DNA of 21,891 nucleotides from Candidatus Eiseniibacteriota bacterium. Lineage in GTDB: Bacteria > Arandabacterota > Arandabacteria > Arandabacterales > Arandabacteraceae. The position numbers were made by a program, and so were the translations under genes. Where the stretch lies: positions 1 to 21,891 of the forward strand of contig JBDRNT010000124.1 of NCBI GenBank assembly GCA_043810925.1, read 5' to 3'. Shown here piece after piece: positions 15,990-21,891 of this stretch. Each line of letters starts with the position of its first letter. Position 1 is the stretch's first letter. The notes under the pieces are model-generated. The model searched no databases, was not told the origin of the DNA, and saw only the letters and a program-made list of their open reading frames with translations.

Positions 15990-18900
15990 ATGAGTAGCAT
16001 GCTGGATGATCTCTTTCGGTTTCCAGTCCACGAGTCTGCAGACCGCGAATTCGTAAGTCACGTTCTCGCGCGGTTTACGGTACCTGCCATGGTGGTTGAC
16101 GCGCGACTGCATATACGTCTAAGCAACCTCCAGGGTCGGGAAATGCTCCTTAAGCTCCAACCCGGCAAGGAGGGCGCGCGTGGCCAGCGCAGTCTGACTG
16201 CTTTCCCTGCATCGATAAAGGATGATGTGAAATCGTGTCTTAAGAGTGGCAGAGCTGTGGTCCGTAGCGGATTCGAAATCCCTGTGTTGCATCGAAAGCC
16301 TGTTGACGTGCTCATGTGCCCGGCCCGCATCGAGGATACCGATCTGTGCATGATGATCATGCTTCGGCCGAGTCTTAGCCGGGACACAGGCGCGGAGGGC
16401 ACGTTCGACCGGTTGCTGGCAAGTTTCGATGTTGCCGCAGTCTTCATCGACAAGGACATACGCGTACAGCGATTCAACCGACCCTATCTGGCTGCCTTCG
16501 CGCGTAAGCCCGAAGAGGTCACTGGGGTAAGAGTGTCACAGCTCTACATCGGTGAGCAGTCGGAGGTTCTTGAGAACCAGATTCGCCATCTCATGAAGGC
16601 GGGCGAGGCCAGGATAGCGACAGCCGAGATCCTTCCCACCGCCAAGATGGGTGTCGTCTCAACTCCACTGGCAGCCTGGCCGTTCTACGGCATAGACGGG
16701 AAGTGCCGGGGTTTGCTGGCCCTGATGGAGCCTACCCCCATGGCTCTTGCCGGTGTCGGAGCGGACGATGTGAAACAGAGGTTGTTCGGACAGGTCGTGG
16801 AGCTGATGCGCAATGCCGTTGTCGTCACGCATCTTGATGGCCGGATCCTGGTCATGAACAGGGGCGCACAGATGCTGGTCGGGCCCGACACCGAGATCGG
16901 CCGGACTGATTTTAAGTCGGCGGTCCCGTGGAGTCACCCTGAGATAGTCCAGGGTCTTTACGACGACGTCCGGAAAGGCTCGGGCTACTCGTCCGTCTTG
17001 ACAGACATAGACACACCCGGAGGCAAGCGGCTCCTTCATGTCAGAGCCTACGGAATTACGGAGCTGGGGGACATTACCTCGGAGGTCGTATTTCTTCTTG
17101 AAGATGTCACGGAAGAAGAGCAAGTCAGGAACCTCCTCTCCGAAACCGCGAGGAGCCTTGCGGACGAGAAGGCGCTGATGGATAAAGCAGTTGAACACTC
17201 TGATGTCAATTTCATGGTCGTGGCAAGGGACCTGACCATTCTGAAAGTGAACGATCTGACTGCGAAGAAGTTCAGGATGCCGGCGGAAAGCCTGGTCGGC
17301 CAGAAACTGCACGAGTTCCACCCGAATGTCCAGAAGAGCGGGATAGCTGCCAGTCTCAAGGAGGCGATGGACACTAACCGTGAGATTCACCTGCCCGACT
17401 TCCGGCATATCACAAGGCACGGAACCGAGTTGCTTGTTGATTTTTGCGCAATACCGGTGAGATTCAATGGCGAAGAAGCGTGCATGTTGATCGTAAACGA
17501 TGTTCCCGCCGGGAAGCGTGCCGATCTCCGAAGCCCATCCAGGGACCGGCTCTATGAGAAACTGCTCAACAATGTCGAAGAAGGAGTTATTGTTTACGAT
17601 AAGGACCTCCGGGTCTTTGACTGTAATCACGTGGTCGTCGCGATGGCCCGCACCGCGGGGGAGAAGTACGCCCAACTCACCAAGGAGGATCTGGTCGGCA
17701 AGCACATCAGCGATGTGATGAATATCGAACAGGCCGACCTCATGCTTGATTGTCTCCGCCGGACAATTGACTCGGGGAAACCCGTCAGGACAGGCCGCGT
17801 GCGGCTTTCACGGAAGCACAATGATGACGAGTGGTATGCGGACATCAGTTTCATACCCCTGCTCCCCGGTGAAGGACCTCCCGGTGGAGTGATTGGAATG
17901 GCACGGTTCTCCACAAAAGAGAAACGTCTCGAACAGAAGCTCGAAGATTACACTGCCAATCTTGAAGAACTTGTCACAGACCGGACGCACGAGTTGACCT
18001 TGGCGAATACCCTGCTGGAGACCACGGTTGACAGAGTCGAGTCGGTGGCCAAGTCCGGAATGATCTTAAGTACACTTAAGAATATTGAATCCGTGATGAC
18101 CTCGTTTCTTAAGGAAGCCAGAGAGGTGCTCGCTGCAGACTTTATCAGCGTTGCCCTTGTCGAGAGTGTTCCGGGAACATCGAAGACCACCTACTACTCC
18201 TCAGGTTCGGCACCACCATCCGGTACGATCCCCGCCGAGGTCATAGAAAGAGGCCTGTCGAGACTGGTGCTGGCGGCGAGTCCGCCCGGCGAGCCCCGGC
18301 TTCCCAGGCCCAATGTTCTAACCATGGATTTCGCTGTCGGGCGCAACCGCGCACTGCTTCTTGCATGGAAAGCCGAAGGGGAATTCACCTCGATCGATGG
18401 GAACCTGGGCGGGCTTCTGTGTACGCAGCTCAGCTTCTCTATGCCCATAACCACCTATTTGAGTGACTTAAGAAGAGAGCGGGATAGATCCCAGTGTTTG
18501 CGCCAGATCGCCTTCCGGGCAGCGGGGGTGGCATCCGTGTCCGGGGCGATACGGATTGTTGCTGAGGAGATCTCGAGAACCGTGCCGGCAGATCGTTTCT
18601 TCTGGCTGGTCTCCAATAACGATACTGATTTCTGGGTGAGTGAGATCTACTCCGGCGCCGGTACGGAAACCAGAGAAGCCAGACGGGTTGGCCAGGGTAA
18701 GCCTGAGTGTCTGGTCTCGGTGCTTGACGCATGTCATGACTCGCACAAGCTCTTCTGCGACAGGTTCCCGCGGTTCGGGACGAGTGATTTCAGTCCCAAC
18801 ATACCAGCGGAAGGTGTGAAGCCGTGCCCGTTTGTGGGGGATGGTGTCGGTGAGGACCTGGGCGTGTGCCTCAGGGGCCTGCTTCAGAACGCCGGTTTCC

Positions 18901-19763
18901 TGGGTGGGACTGAGGGAACGCTGGCTGTTGTGCCTGTTACCCTGTCATCGCAGTCCTGGGGAATACTCTGCGCATGCAGTGATGTGGGCTCCAGGTTCTC
19001 ACGGGAGGACAGCTGTTTCATGTGTCTGGCGGCGGCCACAGTGGGACATATGCGGCAGGCGGCCGACGCGGCAAGCAACGCGCGTAGACTCGAGACCGCC
19101 GGTCAGACCGTGAGCGAGCTGGCGCACGATCTTAAGTACCCGCTTATGAAGCTCAAGGACTCTATTGCCAATATCACATGCTGCAATAAGAGCACGGTAC
19201 AGAAAGATCCGGGGCTGGGGAGCATAGCGCGGGAGATTGACAACCTGAACCTCCTTGCTCAAGAGCTCATCGATATCTCGAATGTGGAGAGCCATAATTA
19301 CAGGATTGTCGATGTGATCGAGGTGCTGGATCACTGCATCTCGCTCACCTCGACCGATCTGGCGGCAAGATCGGTCAAGATCGAGAGGCGGGGTGATGGT
19401 GCGGTACTTCCCGCGATCTTCGTGAATCCGAAGGACCTGAAGACGGTCTTCCTCAATGTGCTCACAAACTGCATTGATGCAGCCGGTGAGCAGGGTGATG
19501 TCACTATAGATGTAAGACAGGACGGAAGAAGGGCAGGTTCTGAGACTGTGTGCGTCACTTTCAACGATTCCGGCCCGGGTGTTTCTGAGGTCGAAATGGC
19601 GAGGATCTTTGATCCGTTTTACAGCAGAAAGGATGGCGGCAGCGGTCTGGGCCTCTTTTCTGCGAAGAAACGCGCGAACGCCAACGGTGGCGATGTGATC
19701 TGTGAGATGGGGGAAAACGGCAAGTCACGATTCGTGATCTGGTTCCCACTGGCTTCCGGATAG
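15990..19763 (+). CDS. Soluble multi-PAS sensor histidine kinase with GAF-like regions
   Basis: About five PAS-like repeats (e.g. AAVFIDKDIRVQRFN, VVVTHLDGRILVMN, GVIVYDKDLRVFDCN), coiled coil LEELVTDRTHEL, H-box ELAHDLKYPL, N-box VFLNVLTNCIDA, DSGPG, IFDPFYSRK, GSGLGL. No obvious TM helix. Start placed at ATG 15990, downstream of the promoter. Confidence 0.9.
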   Translation: MSSMLDDLFRFPVHESADREFVSHVLARFTVPAMVVDARLHIRLSNLQGREMLLKLQPGKEGARGQRSLTAFPASIKDDVKSCLKSGRAVVRSGFEIPVLHRKPVDVLMCPARIEDTDLCMMIMLRPSLSRDTGAEGTFDRLLASFDVAAVFIDKDIRVQRFNRPYLAAFARKPEEVTGVRVSQLYIGEQSEVLENQIRHLMKAGEARIATAEILPTAKMGVVSTPLAAWPFYGIDGKCRGLLALMEPTPMALAGVGADDVKQRLFGQVVELMRNAVVVTHLDGRILVMNRGAQMLVGPDTEIGRTDFKSAVPWSHPEIVQGLYDDVRKGSGYSSVLTDIDTPGGKRLLHVRAYGITELGDITSEVVFLLEDVTEEEQVRNLLSETARSLADEKALMDKAVEHSDVNFMVVARDLTILKVNDLTAKKFRMPAESLVGQKLHEFHPNVQKSGIAASLKEAMDTNREIHLPDFRHITRHGTELLVDFCAIPVRFNGEEACMLIVNDVPAGKRADLRSPSRDRLYEKLLNNVEEGVIVYDKDLRVFDCNHVVVAMARTAGEKYAQLTKEDLVGKHISDVMNIEQADLMLDCLRRTIDSGKPVRTGRVRLSRKHNDDEWYADISFIPLLPGEGPPGGVIGMARFSTKEKRLEQKLEDYTANLEELVTDRTHELTLANTLLETTVDRVESVAKSGMILSTLKNIESVMTSFLKEAREVLAADFISVALVESVPGTSKTTYYSSGSAPPSGTIPAEVIERGLSRLVLAASPPGEPRLPRPNVLTMDFAVGRNRALLLAWKAEGEFTSIDGNLGGLLCTQLSFSMPITTYLSDLRRERDRSQCLRQIAFRAAGVASVSGAIRIVAEEISRTVPADRFFWLVSNNDTDFWVSEIYSGAGTETREARRVGQGKPECLVSVLDACHDSHKLFCDRFPRFGTSDFSPNIPAEGVKPCPFVGDGVGEDLGVCLRGLLQNAGFLGGTEGTLAVVPVTLSSQSWGILCACSDVGSRFSREDSCFMCLAAATVGHMRQAADAASNARRLETAGQTVSELAHDLKYPLMKLKDSIANITCCNKSTVQKDPGLGSIAREIDNLNLLAQELIDISNVESHNYRIVDVIEVLDHCISLTSTDLAARSVKIERRGDGAVLPAIFVNPKDLKTVFLNVLTNCIDAAGEQGDVTIDVRQDGRRAGSETVCVTFNDSGPGVSEVEMARIFDPFYSRKDGGSGLGLFSAKKRANANGGDVICEMGENGKSRFVIWFPLASG

Positions 19764-19788
19764 ACTTGGAGGAGAGGAACTGCCTGAA

Positions 19789-21174
19789 ATGCCTAGGAAG
19801 GTCCTGATAGTCGACGACAGACTTGAAAGCCTCTGGAAGTGCGCGGATCTCTTCCGCGAGCGCGGCTTTGAAATCGCAACCTGCAGGCAGTCGGACAAAG
19901 CGCTTGGAGTATTCGATGAGTACAGGCCGGATGTTGTACTGCTTGATATCAAGATGCCCGGAAAGAGCGGGTTCGAGATCTTAAAGGAGATAAGGGAGAA
20001 GGACAGAAGGGTCTGTGTCGTGATGCTTTCGGCCTTCGGTGACTCCGCGACCGTGGTCCGGGCCATGAAGCTCGGCGCCGACAACTTCGCCGAGAAGAGT
20101 TCTGATCCTGAGAAGATCCTGATTGTGGTCGAGAAGGAACTCAAGCAGAAAGAAATGGAAATGGAGATCGCGCTTCTCAAGGCCGAACAGGGCAAGGGAC
20201 CCGTGGGTGTGGATCACATAATCGGCCGGAGTGAGGCGATCCGCAGGGTAAAGGAGAGCGTGCTCAAGTATGCCGACAGCGACCTGGCCGTTCTGCTTAC
20301 GGGTGAAAGCGGGGTCGGCAAGGATCTGGTGGCGGGTGCGATCCATAGCGAGTCGAGACGCAGCGGTAAGCCGTTTCAGAATCTGTTGTGTCCGGGAATT
20401 GCCGCGACGCTCTTTGAAGCGGAGCTCTTCGGATCCGAGCGGGGTGCTTTCACCGATTCCTACAGGACCAGGAAGGGTATCATCGAAAGTGCAGGGGCCG
20501 GTACCATTCTTCTTAACGAGATAGTCGACATTCCGACATATGTCCAGGCCAAGCTCCTGCTGATTCTCCAGACAGGCGTATATATGCGCGTAGGCGGGGA
20601 AGGGAAGACCCTTCAGAGCAAGGCACGCTTCATCGCAGCAACCAACGCCGACGTGAGAGACGCTCTCAGGACCAAGAGACTGAGGGAGGATCTCTTCTTC
20701 AGGCTGAACGAGGCCCCGATGGAGATTCCACCTCTCAGGGAGAGGCGCGAAGACATATCGCTTCTTGCCCAGCACTTTATCAGGATGGAATCCCGAAAGC
20801 TGGGCAGGTCGGAGATAGAGCTCTCGGATAAGTCGATGGGGTTCCTTGCGGAGTACGACTGGCCCGGCAACGTGAGGGAGCTTGAAACCCTGATGAGGGC
20901 GGTTGTGGCCGGTGGAAGTGAAGACGTGATCATGGGCAGGGCGTTTATGACCAGGGACAGGGATTCCGATGAGGAAAACGGTTTGGGCTCCCGGCTTAAG
21001 GATGCTATCAGGAAAGAGACGGAATCCATCGAGAAACACAGGATCGCTCAGGCGCTTCACAGGTTCGGCGGGAGCCGGAAACGGGCTGCCGAGTACCTGG
21101 GCATCAGCTACCGGAGCCTCCTGTTTAAGATGAAGCACTACAGTCTGAGAGATGAGCTACCAAGTGTGCAATAG
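19789..21174 (+). CDS. Sigma54-dependent response regulator (REC-AAA+-Fis HTH) with variant motifs
   Basis: LIVDD...LLDIKMPG, Walker A LTGESGVGKD, GAFTDS, Walker [50 protein letters not shown] upstream. Confidence 0.92.
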   Translation: MPRKVLIVDDRLESLWKCADLFRERGFEIATCRQSDKALGVFDEYRPDVVLLDIKMPGKSGFEILKEIREKDRRVCVVMLSAFGDSATVVRAMKLGADNFAEKSSDPEKILIVVEKELKQKEMEMEIALLKAEQGKGPVGVDHIIGRSEAIRRVKESVLKYADSDLAVLLTGESGVGKDLVAGAIHSESRRSGKPFQNLLCPGIAATLFEAELFGSERGAFTDSYRTRKGIIESAGAGTILLNEIVDIPTYVQAKLLLILQTGVYMRVGGEGKTLQSKARFIAATNADVRDALRTKRLREDLFFRLNEAPMEIPPLRERREDISLLAQHFIRMESRKLGRSEIELSDKSMGFLAEYDWPGNVRELETLMRAVVAGGSEDVIMGRAFMTRDRDSDEENGLGSRLKDAIRKETESIEKHRIAQALHRFGGSRKRAAEYLGISYRSLLFKMKHYSLRDELPSVQ

Positions 21175-21202
21175 CATTCACAGAGGTGAAAAGGCTTGCA
21201 GA
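21165..21202. promoter_or_regulatory. Tandem degenerate TGTGCAA-N4-TTGCACA sites (candidate enhancer)
   Basis: TGTGCAA-TAGC-ATTCACA (21165-21182) and GGTGAAA-AGGC-TTGCAGA (21185-21202), 20 bp apart. Confidence 0.6.
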
Positions 21203-21302
21203 CATTCGGGTGCTTTGGGCGCTCTTTGGAGGAACTCCTGATGACCTGTCTCTGCGGTTTTCAGGCTACCGGTGGAGATTTCAGCCGGTTGACGTTGCCG
21301 CA

Positions 21303-21315
21303 TAACACATTGGTA
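21303..21315 (-). promoter_or_regulatory. IHF-like binding site
   Basis: Minus strand reads TACCAA-TGTG-TTA, one mismatch to WATCAA-N4-TTR, next to an A-tract and between the candidate enhancer and promoter. Confidence 0.5.
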
Positions 21316-21399
21316 TATAAAAAAATAGATACAGATAGATTGTTTGTTGGTGTGGGACGCCTGGCTGATTCACGGCACGTGAGACTGCAAGACCTCGTC

Positions 21400-21415
21400 A
21401 GGCACAGAAGATGCA
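21400..21415 (+). promoter_or_regulatory. Sigma54 (-24/-12) promoter candidate
   Basis: AGGCAC-AGAAG-ATGCA with GG-N10-GC spacing. GGCACAG-N3-ATGCAAG is shared with the promoter at 12477. A weaker GG-N10-GC lies at 21362-21377. Confidence 0.6.
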
Positions 21416-21417
21416 AG

Positions 21418-21614
21418 CCCTTGAGATCGACGATTCCTCACAGGACCAAGTGTGCGGTCTCAGGGGTGCCGTCACGCTCCATGTCCAGCGGGGCACGCCA
21501 GTGCCCCGGTTGGGCATGATTGACTCGTGGGACGCAATAGGTCATACGTCTGACCTAGGGAAGCTGCTGCGCTTCTATCCGGCGGGGGGCAGGCCACTGC
21601 CCCCTTTTCCCTTT
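21418..21614 (+). ncRNA. Candidate sigma54-dependent small RNA (5' end uncertain)
   Basis: Five consecutive hairpins, no RBS-supported ORF, bounded by a -24/-12 promoter and an intrinsic terminator. Confidence 0.5.
21585..21614 (+). terminator. Intrinsic terminator
   Basis: GGGGGCAG-GCCA-CTGCCCCC followed by TTTTCCCTTT. Confidence 0.75.
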
Positions 21615-21617
21615 GTA

Positions 21618-21767
21618 TGGGGTCAAAGCTGGGGTCACCTGATGGGGTCAGGCTTTGAATTCTGGAATTAGGGTTCACACCGGGACTGGCGTGGAGTAGC
21701 CAGGTTCTGGCTCCGCCGCAGAATGGGGGAACCGCACGAGAGCCCAATTCCAGAATTCAAAGCCTGA
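21618..21767. repeat. REP/REPIN-like element: three TGGGGTCA copies plus a perfect 22-bp inverted repeat
   Basis: TGGGGTCA at 21618, 21630 and 21643. TCAGGCTTTGAATTCTGGAATT (21648-21669) is the exact reverse complement of 21746-21767. Confidence 0.8.
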
Positions 21768-21891
21768 TAATCATAAAGAGGCACCTCCAGAGCATTCCAA
21801 GAGAGATTTCTCTCTGGTATGCTCTGGTTTACCACCAACCAAAGGAGGTGCCCTATGGAATTATACGGTGGATTGGATGTTCATTCAAGCA
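21768..21891 (+). mobile_element. Left end of an IS110/IS1111-family element (truncated by window end)
   Basis: Structured ~87-nt leader followed by a transposase start. The boundary is inferred from where the inverted repeat breaks off. Confidence 0.65.
21855..21891 (+). CDS. IS110-family DEDD recombinase/transposase, first 12 codons (partial)
   Basis: RBS AAAGGAGG then MELYGGLDVHSS, matching the IS110 N-terminal Y-x-G-[IL]-D-[VL]-H motif that carries the first catalytic Asp. Only 12 residues are visible. Confidence 0.75.
   Translation, partial: MELYGGLDVHSS

Noticed and set aside
16659-21138. Long antisense ORFs (16659-17705, 19981-21138) and similar shadows elsewhere
   Set aside because: They lie opposite well-supported genes, have no motifs, and are expected from codon bias in GC-rich DNA.
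21373-21389. CGGCACGTGAGACTGCA as a sigma54 promoter
   Set aside because: GG-to-GC spacing is 11 nt rather than the required 10.
21618-21650. CRISPR array
   Set aside because: Repeats are 8 bp with 4-5 bp gaps and no cas genes are present.
21196-21747. ORFs 21196-21519, 21411-21671 and 21472-21747
   Set aside because: No convincing RBS or recognisable motif. They run across the promoter, terminator and repeat elements.

Overview
GC-rich bacterial chromosomal segment with all credible genes on the + strand. In order: a Cys-free ArsR-family regulator with a long disordered tail; a Na+/Pi cotransporter (PhoU-like C-terminus) with an extra N-terminal Ig-like domain; an NtrX-like sigma54 response regulator; an RlmI-like methyltransferase; an AcrR-type TetR/MFP/RND/TolC efflux operon with an AcrR-like operator; a putative sigma54-driven three-gene envelope operon (DUF3108-like, FN3 lipoprotein, DUF4384-like Cys-rich protein); and a large soluble multi-PAS histidine kinase with a sigma54 enhancer-binding response regulator (bEBP). 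Best novel-system candidate: directly after that regulator are two degenerate copies of a palindrome (TGTGCAA-N4-TTGCACA, perfect twice upstream of the kinase), an IHF-like site, a -24/-12 promoter and a ~190-nt hairpin-rich stretch with no credible ORF ending in an intrinsic terminator. This reads as a kinase-bEBP-sRNA module. The window ends with a REP-like 22-bp inverted repeat abutting the left end and first 12 codons of an IS110-family recombinase. The RND pump lacks the canonical AcrB proton-relay residues. All family calls come from motif recognition by eye; no database search was run.
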